64,000 nt of DNA from NCBI GenBank assembly GCA_965207455.1, contig CBDBMJ010000001.1, positions 512,001-576,000 of the forward strand. Reading direction: 5' to 3'. The DNA is from Bdellovibrionota bacterium. Lineage in GTDB: Bacteria > Bdellovibrionota > UBA1018 > CAIPTA01 > JAALKR01. The notes under the pieces were generated by a model. That model ran no database searches and was not told the DNA's origin. It worked only from the letters and a program-made list of their open reading frames with translations. A program made the position numbers and the translations under genes. This document shows positions 9,726 through 19,448 of the stretch, one piece after another (positions within the stretch are counted from its first letter, which is position 1; each line of letters starts with the position of its first letter).

Positions 9726-11204
9726 TTAGGACTTTATGTTTAATCCTTTGGGAGTAATTACCTTGTCTATAAGTTCAAATAACCCATGAATAAAAAGAGC
9801 GAAAATAGCAGCAGGTATGGCTCCAGAAAGAATTGTATTTGTATTATTGAGCGCTAGACCAGTAACAATGGGAACACCATATCCTCCAGCACCGATGAAG
9901 GCAGCTAGCGTGGCTGTCCCCACGTTAATGATAGCTGAAGTTTTAATCCCTGCCATAATTGCAGGAGAAGCCAGCGGCAAGTCGATTAGAAGTAAGCGAT
10001 GAGAACCTGAAAGTCCTATGGATTTTGCCGACTCTATCAACTTGGGATCAATGGTGAAAAGTCCCGTATAGGTATTTTGAACAATGGGGAGTAGACCATA
10101 GAGGAAAAGGGTAAAGAGAGCAGGAATGAGACCTATTCCCAAAATGGGAATCAATAAGCACAGTAGGGCAAGAGAAGGAATAGTTTGTAACAGACCACTA
10201 CTGACTAAGATAAATTGAGCAAGCCATGGATTTTTTACCGCAAGTAGACCCAGTGGCAGGGCCACCGCAATGGAAAAAAATAAAGAAACAAATACAAGAA
10301 AACTATGCTGTTTTGTGTATTTCCAAATGTTATGCCAAAAGATAAGGCTATCTTTTTTTGTCAGTTCCTGATTTAAAAAAAATGAAGCTGCTTCAGAGAA
10401 TTTTTTTTTATCCGTTTCCACCATTGAGTTGAGTGCTCTCATCTTTTCTTCTGTTATGGAATTTTCCAACTTTTTTAGGGCAGCCCATGTTTTAGGGTAT
10501 TGATCGAAGATTTGTTTTTTAGCTAGAATCACTGCATTGTAAGTGGGAAAGAAATTCTTATTATCTTGAAGAACCAGCAGTTCAAAGCGCTGGATTTTAG
10601 CATCCGTACTATATCCCACAATAAGGTCTGCTTTATTATTTTTAATGGCTTCGTATGCAAGAGAGTGCTCCATTTCTGTAATATTCTTAAAATAGAGTTG
10701 GTAGGTTTTTTTCAGCCCAGGATAGCCGTCCTTGCGGTTAGAAAACTCCCGGTCAAAAATTACTTTTATGGAGCCTAGGTGTTGAGTTAAATCACTAATT
10801 TTTTTAATACCAAGACGGTTGGCTGTAGATTTTCGCATGGTCAGGGCGTAGGTATTATTAAAGCCTAGAGATTTTGTGGAAATAAGATTTTTATTTTTAA
10901 TTTGAGCCTGGATTTGCTCTATAGACATGGGGTTAGGATTATGGAGCAGTACTCTGGATAGGGTGCCCGTATATTCAGGGTACATGCCTATGGAGCCATT
11001 TGTTAATGCGCTGTAAATCAGTCCTGTACCCCCTAAACCAAATTTTCGTATAACAGAAGTTTCTCCTACCTTCTCAATAGTTTGGGCTATTATCTCTCCA
11101 AGAATATAGGACTCAGTAAATGGTTTCGAACCCACTGTAATGGGCTCCTTAGCCATAGCCGTTGAACTTATAATCCATAGAAGCAAGAAATATAGATTCT
11201 TCAT
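9726..11204 (-). CDS. Osmoprotectant (glycine betaine/choline-type) ABC transporter, substrate-binding domain fused to permease
   Basis: Signal peptide, VGSKPFTES and YPEYTGT OpuAC-like motifs, then QTIPSLALL, ESAKSIG (EAA loop) and AAFIGAGG permease motifs. Confidence 0.9.
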   Translation of the reverse strand: MKNLYFLLLWIISSTAMAKEPITVGSKPFTESYILGEIIAQTIEKVGETSVIRKFGLGGTGLIYSALTNGSIGMYPEYTGTLSRVLLHNPNPMSIEQIQAQIKNKNLISTKSLGFNNTYALTMRKSTANRLGIKKISDLTQHLGSIKVIFDREFSNRKDGYPGLKKTYQLYFKNITEMEHSLAYEAIKNNKADLIVGYSTDAKIQRFELLVLQDNKNFFPTYNAVILAKKQIFDQYPKTWAALKKLENSITEEKMRALNSMVETDKKKFSEAASFFLNQELTKKDSLIFWHNIWKYTKQHSFLVFVSLFFSIAVALPLGLLAVKNPWLAQFILVSSGLLQTIPSLALLCLLIPILGIGLIPALFTLFLYGLLPIVQNTYTGLFTIDPKLIESAKSIGLSGSHRLLLIDLPLASPAIMAGIKTSAIINVGTATLAAFIGAGGYGVPIVTGLALNNTNTILSGAIPAAIFALFIHGLFELIDKVITPKGLNIKS

Positions 11205-11968
11205 GAATTTTCCTTCGTCTGAGCCATACTCTCTAGACCCATATATAAAGGTAATTGGGCATGAATGAATGTTTGCACAAAGTTGTTATTGGGTTTTTGG
11301 AAGAGGCTTTCCATTGTTCCATGTTGTGCGATGTAACCGTCATTCAATAGAGTGACTGTATGACCAAAATAAGCTGCTTCTGCAATATTATGGGTCACAA
11401 TGAGAACAGTTTTCTTGAGAGAATTGAAGAGAATTTTTAATTCTTTTTGTAAACTAGCTTGCACAATGGGGTCCAATGCCCCTAGGGGTTCATCGAGGAA
11501 TAAATACCTTGGATCGAGCATGAGAGCTCGCATAATGGCAGCTCTTTGGCGCTGTCCTCCGCTAAGTTGCTGAGGGTAGCGAGATAGTATTTTTTTATCA
11601 AAACTCATCATTTCAGACAGTTCTGTTATTCGCTGGTCCATTCTTTCTTTGGACCATTCACGAACTTTAGCAATGAGACAAATATTGTCGTAAGTGGAAA
11701 GGTGGGGAAATAGTTCACCCTGTTGCATTACATAGCCCACTTGCTGTGCAATTTCTTTTTGTTTTTCTAAAAGAACCTGCTTGTTATCTAGAAAAACTTT
11801 TCCAGAGTCCGCCGGGATAAGACCTAAAATGATTCTAATTAAGGTGGACTTTCCGCACCCACTGGATCCAAGCAATACATGGGTCTTCCCAGAAGCCAAC
11901 TCCAAGTCTATTTCACTGATTATTTTATTTTTTCCATAAAATTTTGTAATGTGCTCTATTTTAATCAT
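11201..11968 (-). CDS. Osmoprotectant ABC transporter ATP-binding subunit
   Basis: Walker A GSSGCGKS, LSGGQRQR signature, DEPLGALD; 4-bp overlap with the permease gene. Confidence 0.92.
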   Translation of the reverse strand: MIKIEHITKFYGKNKIISEIDLELASGKTHVLLGSSGCGKSTLIRIILGLIPADSGKVFLDNKQVLLEKQKEIAQQVGYVMQQGELFPHLSTYDNICLIAKVREWSKERMDQRITELSEMMSFDKKILSRYPQQLSGGQRQRAAIMRALMLDPRYLFLDEPLGALDPIVQASLQKELKILFNSLKKTVLIVTHNIAEAAYFGHTVTLLNDGYIAQHGTMESLFQKPNNNFVQTFIHAQLPLYMGLESMAQTKENS

Positions 11969-11996
11969 TGTTTTTTAATAAGGTGGATTGGGAGTT

Positions 11997-12311
11997 TTAT
12001 TCGTATATTTCGATAATTTTTTTTTCTACAATTCGATATTTTAAATCGTAAGCATCAATCATGGCAGAAAAGACTAAGTTCCACTTGGTACTTTCCACGT
12101 CTATAGAAAAGGTCTTCTCCAAATCTATATTTTTAGAGAATTTCACCTGCCAACTTACCACAGCAAACAGCTTTCTCATAGCGTTTTGTAGAGTTTTTTC
12201 CTTAAAACTTAGTTTTATCACCTTCTGGGGAAGAGTAGTGGACAAGGCATGGTCCATAAGAAAAAAATTAAAAAAGAATAGGAGAAAATAAATAGATGGT
12301 TTTTTTTTCAT
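11997..12311 (-). CDS. Small secreted protein resembling a stand-alone STN/secretin N0 domain
   Basis: Signal peptide, then IKLSFKEKTL...SIDVESTKW..VF..MI..YDLKY....IIEI pattern; GGGAGG upstream. Confidence 0.55.
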   Translation of the reverse strand: MKKKPSIYFLLFFFNFFLMDHALSTTLPQKVIKLSFKEKTLQNAMRKLFAVVSWQVKFSKNIDLEKTFSIDVESTKWNLVFSAMIDAYDLKYRIVEKKIIEIYE

Positions 12312-12340
12312 TTTAATGCTTCAACCTCCCTAGTATTCTA

Positions 12341-12524
12341 ACCGTTTGTGGAGAAAATAGGCAAGCCTTTGTGGAGATAATAGGCAACAAGCCTTTGTGG
12401 AGATAATAGGCAACAAGCCTTTGTGGAGATAATAGGCAACAAGCCTTTGTGGAGATAATAGGCAACAAGCCTTTGTGGAGATAATAGGCAACAAGCCTTT
12501 GTGGAGATAATAGGCAACAAGCCT
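12341..12524. repeat. 26-bp tandem repeat AAGCCTTTGTGGAGATAATAGGCAAC, 6 perfect copies plus partial copies
   Basis: Perfect copies start at 12363, 12389, 12415, 12441, 12467 and 12493; degenerate copy at 12341-12362; no spacers. Confidence 0.97.
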
Positions 12525-15483
12525 ATTTGGAGTGTTTATGCACTTCTAGAATTTTTTCCATAATTTCTATAGTGTTCATAGATTCAAGCTCATCCATACC
12601 GAACCGATTACAAAGCACTTGAGGGAGTTCATGTAACGGCTCTGAGAACTGTAGGTTTCGATTGCCATAAGCCTCATCCACCCGATCCACAGGTGTAAAA
12701 TGGGGAGTGGTTTTTAAAACCTCTGGATGTTTTTTCGCAAGATCATAAATCGTGAGTACAATATCACAAAACCTGTCTAGCTCTTCTTTGCTATAACTTT
12801 CAGTAGGCTCCAGCATTAAACCAAGGGATTCGGGGAAAGCCACAGTGGGAGCATGGAGACCAAAATCTAAAAACAGTTTACCAACTCTAGGAATGACCTC
12901 TGATTTCTTCAAACCCACAGCCTCTGCTCTGGAAAATACTTCTTGCTCCAGTGTTAAAATAAATTCATGCATACGAGGAGTATCTTTCGCTCCCTGAGGT
13001 AGGGTGGGATATACTTGGGATAATTTTTTATAGAGATAGCAAGCGCTTAACACAGCTATTCCACTCATTCTCCGTATTCCCTCCTTGCCTAACGCACGCA
13101 AATAGGTATAGCAACGAACCTTATGGGCAAAATTTCCAAAGTGACGATGTACGGACCCGATGGATTTTTTAGGATGATACAAATCATAGTATCCATTTTT
13201 CCTTACCACCTGCACCCCCGGAAGATAGTCCAAGAGCCGCTCACTCACAGCCACAACCGCATCTCCAGGACCACCACCCCCGTGAGGAATCGTCCATGTT
13301 TTATGGGTATTGCTGTGAACCGCGTCCACTCCCAGTTTCCCTAAATCTACCCAACCTGCAATGGCATTCATATTGGCACCGTCCATATAAACCAAACCAC
13401 CCACCGCATGAATACTGTCCGCAATTTTTTTAAAATTTGTTTCAAAAATACCCGACGTGTTGGGATTTGTAACCATAATACCGCAAATGCGCTTTCCATA
13501 AGTATCCACTAGAGATTGGAAATGCTCCATATCTATCTCTCCACCACGGTTTGCTTCTACCCAAATAATATTTCTTTGCTGGAATCCTGCCATGGTAGCA
13601 GTTGCTGGGTTTGTTCCATGAGAGGTGCGGGGAAGGATAATAATATCTCGCGTATCTCCATTTTCTTCGTGATAGGCTTGGAACATTTTAATTCCCACGA
13701 GTTCTCCCTGTGCTCCAGCCACCGGCTGAGTGGTAACTCCAGGTAAACAAAAAATACTTTTAAAGTATTGTTGAATTTTATACAGTATTTCTAAAGCACC
13801 TTGCGTATCCTCCACAGGTGCCTGAGGATGAAGATCTGTAAAGCCGGGCAAAAGGGCAGCGTAGTCATTAATATAAGGATTATATTTCATCGTGCAAGAA
13901 CCCAAGGCATAGATGTTCTCATCCGGACTCACATTTTGCTCCCCTAGGCTCGTATAAAATTTCTTGAGTTCAGGGAGAGGAACCTGGAGGAGAGGGATTT
14001 TTTCTCGTCGGAACTGGGATCTTGGAATGCTCGTTGGTTCTTCTTTTGTGCTAGTTGGTTTTTTACAGCATTGCTTTTGAAAAAACTCCAATAATTTTTC
14101 ACAATCCTCCTGAGATTGCATGTCGGAAAAAGAAATAAGTAAATGATTCCCCTTTGAATTACTTATTCTTGAAGAGACATCCACACCCACATGGATACCA
14201 GCCCTAGCACCCAGACGAATGAAATTTTTGGCATCCATGGGAAGCGTTAGAGTAAACTCATTAAAAAATGGAACTTGAGGATAGGTTAGGTTCACGTTGG
14301 AAAGAGTAATAAGTTTTTGGGCCATTTTTTTTGCTTTCCCATGGGCAATAGCACCTATTTGGGCCACTCCCTCTCCCCCTCGCTCCAAGAGCGCTGCCCC
14401 TGCCACGGTGGCAATATACGCCTGATTGGAACAAATATTGGAAGTGGCTTTTTCCCTACGAATATGTTGCTCCCGTGTGGAAAGAATTACGGAATAGGCT
14501 GTGCGACCATTTATATCCTTGCCCTTACCCACAAACCTACCCGCAGTTTGACGAATATTATTCTTACACTCAGAATGGAAACGAATACCAAAAATTCCTA
14601 AGCCCGGTCCTCCCCAGTTGGGTCCAATGGCTAAGTGCTGACCCTCTCCCACAAACATATCTGCTCCCAAGGATCCAAAATCTTTGGGGGGCTTGAGCTG
14701 ACCCATAAGCATGGGATCCACTACGGCAATACTTAGAGCTCCATATTTTGCTGTAAGATCCGTCATTTCATCCACATCTTCGAGAGTGCCTAGGCAGGAA
14801 ATCTGAGGAAAGCAAACAGCAGCAGGGCTAAATTCTTGGATTTTTTTTCTGAGTTGATCCATATTGGTGGAACCCGTGTTGGGGTCCAAATCCACGTACT
14901 CCAAGCATAGACCAGTGAAACTTCTCATGGTCTCTAGCACCTCAATGTCTCCAGGGTATAGAGAGCGGCTGACGAGAACGGAGGAGGCCTTGGGGCGAAG
15001 ACGCATAGCGCATTTTATGGCTTCAAAGCAAGCGGTGCTCCTGTCATAAAAGGAAGCGTTTACAGCCTCAAACCCACTTAGGGCCGATAGGGCCGACTGG
15101 TATATCCAATGACTTATCAGGGTGCCCTGGCTTCTTTCAGGCTGGTAGGGGGTATAGGCTGTGGTGAGCTTACGAATACCCAGCACATGGGGGACCACCT
15201 GGGCCGTTGTGTATTGGGGGAGCCCGTCGCCGAGAAAGGAAATTTTTTTATTGTTTTTCTCAGAGCAGGCCACCAGTTCTTTCTGAAGATCCTCATAGCT
15301 AAGCTCTTCAGGTAGCGAGGGATCTGTTTGGGGACGAACGGAGCTGGGAATTTGATGGAAAAGCTCCTCTATGGACTCCAGACCCAAACTTTTGAGCATT
15401 TCCTGCACCTCTTCGTTTGTGGCAGAAATATAATGGCGCTTGAGCTCCCGGGGTAATTCCTTGGGGTTATAGGGTAGAATCAA
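12523..15483 (-). CDS. gcvP: Glycine dehydrogenase (decarboxylating) P protein, single chain resembling fused GcvPA+GcvPB
   Basis: TAYTPYQPERSQG, REQHIRREKATSNIC, LGSCTMKYNP, HGTNPATA and PLP-lysine motif NTHKTWTIPHGGGGPG. Confidence 0.95.
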   Translation of the reverse strand: MILPYNPKELPRELKRHYISATNEEVQEMLKSLGLESIEELFHQIPSSVRPQTDPSLPEELSYEDLQKELVACSEKNNKKISFLGDGLPQYTTAQVVPHVLGIRKLTTAYTPYQPERSQGTLISHWIYQSALSALSGFEAVNASFYDRSTACFEAIKCAMRLRPKASSVLVSRSLYPGDIEVLETMRSFTGLCLEYVDLDPNTGSTNMDQLRKKIQEFSPAAVCFPQISCLGTLEDVDEMTDLTAKYGALSIAVVDPMLMGQLKPPKDFGSLGADMFVGEGQHLAIGPNWGGPGLGIFGIRFHSECKNNIRQTAGRFVGKGKDINGRTAYSVILSTREQHIRREKATSNICSNQAYIATVAGAALLERGGEGVAQIGAIAHGKAKKMAQKLITLSNVNLTYPQVPFFNEFTLTLPMDAKNFIRLGARAGIHVGVDVSSRISNSKGNHLLISFSDMQSQEDCEKLLEFFQKQCCKKPTSTKEEPTSIPRSQFRREKIPLLQVPLPELKKFYTSLGEQNVSPDENIYALGSCTMKYNPYINDYAALLPGFTDLHPQAPVEDTQGALEILYKIQQYFKSIFCLPGVTTQPVAGAQGELVGIKMFQAYHEENGDTRDIIILPRTSHGTNPATATMAGFQQRNIIWVEANRGGEIDMEHFQSLVDTYGKRICGIMVTNPNTSGIFETNFKKIADSIHAVGGLVYMDGANMNAIAGWVDLGKLGVDAVHSNTHKTWTIPHGGGGPGDAVVAVSERLLDYLPGVQVVRKNGYYDLYHPKKSIGSVHRHFGNFAHKVRCYTYLRALGKEGIRRMSGIAVLSACYLYKKLSQVYPTLPQGAKDTPRMHEFILTLEQEVFSRAEAVGLKKSEVIPRVGKLFLDFGLHAPTVAFPESLGLMLEPTESYSKEELDRFCDIVLTIYDLAKKHPEVLKTTPHFTPVDRVDEAYGNRNLQFSEPLHELPQVLCNRFGMDELESMNTIEIMEKILEVHKHSK

Positions 15484-15596
15484 AATTACTCCTTATAATT
15501 TGAAAAAACATTTCCATTGCTATACCATTACAAGGGTACCTTATTCAATAGACACAAAAATATAGGTCCGGGCTAAAATATAGGAGGGTAAAACTC

Positions 15597-16697
15597 TTGT
15601 TTTCTAAAATACAAATTCCAAAAGACCTACTTCCAGAGGATGGGCGTTTTGGGTGTGGACCGTCAAGGATTCGCCCTGAGTTCCTACACCGTCTCCTAGA
15701 GATACAAACCACTTATTTAGGCACCAGCCACCGCAAACCGGGGGTGAAAAACAGGGTTGGTCATGTTTTCGAACTTTTGCGTTCTTTTTTCCGTATTCCC
15801 GAAGACTACAAAATTGCTGGAGGCAATGGGTCTGCCTCCATTGTATGGGACATGATTACGTTTGGGCTGGTAGAAAAGCAATCCCTGCATTTTGTGAATG
15901 GGGAGTTTTCCTCCAAGTGGTATAAGTCTGCGTCCATGAGTAATTTTATTGAAAGTGGAAAAATAGAGGCCGCTCCAGGGGACTTGCCTGCTTTTCAAGA
16001 GGATCCTAACTACGACGTTCATTGTATTACATGGAATGAAACCTCCACAGGAGTAATGTATCCCTGTGCTCCTAAGTGCAAAGATTCCTTACTTGCCGTG
16101 GATGCCACCTCTGCTGCTGGATGTTTACATTGGGATCAGCCGGACCTTTTTTATTTTTCTCCTCAAAAAGCATTGGGGTCCGAGGGAGGACTCTGGATAG
16201 GATTCTTTTCTCCCCGTTGTATAGAGCAAATTGAGCGAGTAAAAAAAACAAATCGTTATATTCCAGCTATGCTGGATTTTACCACTGCCCTTAGTAATGG
16301 AGAGTCCAACCAAACCTATAATACACCCTCGCTTGTTACTTTATATCTTTTAGAGCAACAGCTGGAATATTATAATGAACTGGGAATGGAACGCATTGAA
16401 AAGGATCAAGAGGAGAAGTTTGCTTTGATGGAGCGTTGGGTGGAGAGTAGACCAGAGTTAAGTTTTTATGTTAAAAACCCAGAACATCGATCCAAAACAA
16501 CCGTTACTATTAACTTAGTAAAAGATATTCCCCATGGAGATCTTTGCACCACTCTCCGGTCCCATGGTATTTTAGATATAGAGGCCTATCGTAAACTAGG
16601 GGAAAATCAAATTCGTATTGCCCTTTTTCCCAACATCAGCAAGACGGAGTTGGAAAAACTTATAGCGTCGATTAATTATCTTTTGGACAAACGATAA
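15597..16697 (+). CDS. serC: Phosphoserine aminotransferase
   Basis: DGRFGCGPS, GTSHR, NETSTGV, VDATS, FSPQK (PLP Lys), QTYNTP, YRKLGENQIR motifs; TTG start with GGAGG upstream. Confidence 0.9.
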   Translation: MFSKIQIPKDLLPEDGRFGCGPSRIRPEFLHRLLEIQTTYLGTSHRKPGVKNRVGHVFELLRSFFRIPEDYKIAGGNGSASIVWDMITFGLVEKQSLHFVNGEFSSKWYKSASMSNFIESGKIEAAPGDLPAFQEDPNYDVHCITWNETSTGVMYPCAPKCKDSLLAVDATSAAGCLHWDQPDLFYFSPQKALGSEGGLWIGFFSPRCIEQIERVKKTNRYIPAMLDFTTALSNGESNQTYNTPSLVTLYLLEQQLEYYNELGMERIEKDQEEKFALMERWVESRPELSFYVKNPEHRSKTTVTINLVKDIPHGDLCTTLRSHGILDIEAYRKLGENQIRIALFPNISKTELEKLIASINYLLDKR

Positions 16698-16713
16698 GAA
16701 CATTGCCGATATA

Positions 16714-17649
16714 GTGAAAAGCATAATGGTTGTAGAGAAAACAAAAAAAACTGCCTTTCTATTTCCCGGTCAAGGTGCCCAGTTTGTGGGCATGGGAAAG
16801 AAATTACTGGAAGATTTTCCGTTAGCGAATCAAGTTTTTGAAGAAGCCAGTGAAGCCTTGGACTTTGATCTAAAGAAACTTTGCCTCTTTGGACCGGAGG
16901 ACGAACTCCAACGTACAAAGAATACACAACCTGCCATACTGGGACTCTCCACGGCAGTTTATCGAGTGCTACAAGCAGAAACAGATCTAAGGCCTCATTT
17001 AGTGGCTGGACATTCCCTCGGGGAATACAGCGCGCTGGTAGCCGCAGGTGCATTGGAATTTCCCCAAGCTGTGCGTATGGTGCATAAGCGAGGGGAATGT
17101 ATGCAAAGAGCGGTTCCAGAAGGAGAGGGAGCCATGGCAGCGCTCATTGGCTGCTCCCATGCTATTGCCCAAAAGATTTGTGAAGAAGCTCAGAAAACCC
17201 ATGGTGTTTGTGAAGTAGCCAACTTCAATGGAGGTGGGCAGATTGTAATTTCTGGTCATAAGAAAGCCGTAGATGTGGCTATGATCCTAGCAACGGAAGA
17301 GAAACTTAGAGCAGTGCCCCTAGCTGTTTCAGCACCATTTCACTGCTCCCTTATGCGTCCAGCTGCAGAGGAGCTTCTTCCCATTTTAAACAAGCTTATA
17401 GTCCATGAACTTTCCCTTCCCTATATTCCCAACGTGTGGGCCCATCTTTGCGACGATCACCATCAGATAGTGAAGAACCTTTATCAGCAGGTAGATCAAT
17501 CAGTGTTGTGGGAACAGAGTATGGAGCAGTTACCACAACTGGGTATAGAACAGTGTTTTGAAATTGGACCACGCAGAACACTGAGTGGGTTTATGCGCAG
17601 GATTTGCAAGATTCCTTGTACAAGCTTGGACTATGTGCCTTTATCGTAG
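16714..17649 (+). CDS. fabD: Malonyl-CoA:ACP transacylase
   Basis: FLFPGQGAQ, TQPAI, GHSLGEYSA, VSAPFHC motifs. Confidence 0.96.
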   Translation: MKSIMVVEKTKKTAFLFPGQGAQFVGMGKKLLEDFPLANQVFEEASEALDFDLKKLCLFGPEDELQRTKNTQPAILGLSTAVYRVLQAETDLRPHLVAGHSLGEYSALVAAGALEFPQAVRMVHKRGECMQRAVPEGEGAMAALIGCSHAIAQKICEEAQKTHGVCEVANFNGGGQIVISGHKKAVDVAMILATEEKLRAVPLAVSAPFHCSLMRPAAEELLPILNKLIVHELSLPYIPNVWAHLCDDHHQIVKNLYQQVDQSVLWEQSMEQLPQLGIEQCFEIGPRRTLSGFMRRICKIPCTSLDYVPLS

Positions 17650-19110
17650 ACTTTGCTTGTCTATTTCCTTAGCTTTTTTTATAATATTCATTGTTCCAGA
17701 GTAGAATTTTTCTTTATTAAATCCCACTGTCCTTCTAAGAAGTATTGATTGTTCTTGACCTACAAATCGAGATGTGATTTTGTAAGCTGTATGGTTTTCA
17801 TCTATTGGTCGTACCATGAGTACAGTAGAATGGGACTTTACGGTAGTAGTGCATTCTTTAATAGAGCTTTGATTTGAAGGTGTGCAGCTCAAGCCTAGGA
17901 ACTGAATAATAAGATCATAACCATCGTTTTTGTTTCCTCTTTTTAAAATGGCATATGTGGCATTTATATCTTCTACAAAGAACTGATTTGCATCTTTCTT
18001 TGTAGAGTGGTTTAAATAGCTTCCCTCTCCCCAAAAAGCACTTCTATTTTCCATTGTCTCTTTTCTATGATCAAATAAGCTATCTGGAGGATAGGTTTCC
18101 GCAGTATTGCTTCCATTAAAGCCAGCAGTGGGTAGACCATGCAGGTATAAATAAGCCTTGAGTATGGAGTCTATTGAAGTAGGTACGATGGCGTAGATAT
18201 CGAAAGCAATGGTTCTATATTTCTCTAAATCACCGTCCTTTTCTTTTGAAAGCGTTTCCGCTAGCGCACGATTTACATCTACATAAATTTTATTTCTATT
18301 TTTTTCTATCTTTTTAAGAACCGTAGGTCGGAAGAATTTTAATTTTTTAGAGAAATTACTGTTTTTAGAAAAGTCTTTTACCCTATCCTGTAAAAGAAGA
18401 AAGCTTTCTTTTTCTCGTAATTTTTTAAAATCATCAATGAATTCATTTATTATGAGGTTTGAGGTATATATTTCTGAAAAATTAAAGAGAATTTCATTTG
18501 CATTTTTATGGAAATTTTTATTTACAGCATAAATCGATCTACTTTCTTCCATTAAGGAGTTCGATCGAGAATTGTTTGTTATTCCTATAGTAAGACTGCT
18601 AGAAGTAGCTTTCATTTTCTCGTATGCCAACTCTTTTTTATACCAGGACCAAACAACGTCAAGGAAAGCTCCCCCTTGGGGTCTAGAATAACTTCTCTTT
18701 TTATTAATAAAAACCTCTTTTTCATAGGTATGTATAAGAAATTTATTTTTTTCTTTTTGGTGCTGAGGATTTTCAGGGTCAAAGTTAGCCGTTTTACTTA
18801 ACCATTTTTTAAGAAGATTTTTCCATTTTTTTGACTGTTCAAAACTTGTGGGTTTGAATTTCTTAGAGAAATCAGTAATTTTTTCCTCCATATCCTCGAA
18901 GTTTTTTACTCTCTTTATAGAAAGAGTGTTTATTACTTTATAGAGCCAACGGTAGTAGTCCAGTCGATCTATGGAGCCGGGAATTTTTAGACTGCCCGGT
19001 GCTGGGACCACAGATTTTGAATCTACCCAAATTTTCTTATTTGATCCCAATGCATGGGTAGTATGTGTAGCAAGAATAAAAAGTAATAATAGGGTTTTCG
19101 TATGTTTCAT
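17641..19110 (-). CDS. Secreted hypothetical protein (Lys-rich)
   Basis: 489 aa ORF with signal peptide and GGAGG upstream; no recognised motif. Confidence 0.75.
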   Translation of the reverse strand: MKHTKTLLLLFILATHTTHALGSNKKIWVDSKSVVPAPGSLKIPGSIDRLDYYRWLYKVINTLSIKRVKNFEDMEEKITDFSKKFKPTSFEQSKKWKNLLKKWLSKTANFDPENPQHQKEKNKFLIHTYEKEVFINKKRSYSRPQGGAFLDVVWSWYKKELAYEKMKATSSSLTIGITNNSRSNSLMEESRSIYAVNKNFHKNANEILFNFSEIYTSNLIINEFIDDFKKLREKESFLLLQDRVKDFSKNSNFSKKLKFFRPTVLKKIEKNRNKIYVDVNRALAETLSKEKDGDLEKYRTIAFDIYAIVPTSIDSILKAYLYLHGLPTAGFNGSNTAETYPPDSLFDHRKETMENRSAFWGEGSYLNHSTKKDANQFFVEDINATYAILKRGNKNDGYDLIIQFLGLSCTPSNQSSIKECTTTVKSHSTVLMVRPIDENHTAYKITSRFVGQEQSILLRRTVGFNKEKFYSGTMNIIKKAKEIDKQSLR

Positions 19111-19364
19111 GTTAAGCCCTCCAGAGACCTTGTTTCACCTTTTAAAAAAAATCATGACGACCATGACGCGCAAAAAAATGATTTCCCTTTTAATACAGCA
19201 TTTTCTTAAAAAAAAGTAGTAAAAAACAGAATTAGAAATGTGCGTCATATCATTTTTTTATTATGTTATTTTTGTTCCTTAGGAAAAGGACTTTTCCGTG
19301 TAAAGAAAAAAACCAATCCCACTGGGTGCACCTCTTACCATGTAGCGCTTACTCATTCGGCAAA

Positions 19365-19399
19365 AATAGTTGACTATTAAGGTCTTGTTATGGTAACTT
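19365..19399 (+). promoter_or_regulatory. Candidate sigma70 promoter overlapped by palindrome AATAGT-TG-ACTATT
   Basis: TTGACT (19370-19375), 18 nt spacer, TGn-TAACTT; inverted repeat at 19365-19378 covers the -35. Confidence 0.4.
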
Positions 19400-19448
19400 A
19401 ATAAGAATGATGAAAATTAAATATGGGAGAAAAGGGAGAAAAAATACG

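Noticed and set aside
12338..12520. 60-aa ORF MLPIISTKACC...
   Set aside because: A by-product of reading through the 26-bp repeat; no RBS and the frame cycles with the repeat
12341..12524. CRISPR array
   Set aside because: Copies are head-to-tail with no unique spacers and no cas genes are nearby; it is a simple tandem repeat
15484..15596. Glycine riboswitch upstream of gcvP
   Set aside because: Only 113 bp, shared with divergent serC, and no recognisable aptamer motifs
19239..19271. Chromosomal dif site (TGTGCGTCATA...TTATGTTATTT)
   Set aside because: The two arm-like motifs are about 11 nt apart rather than 6
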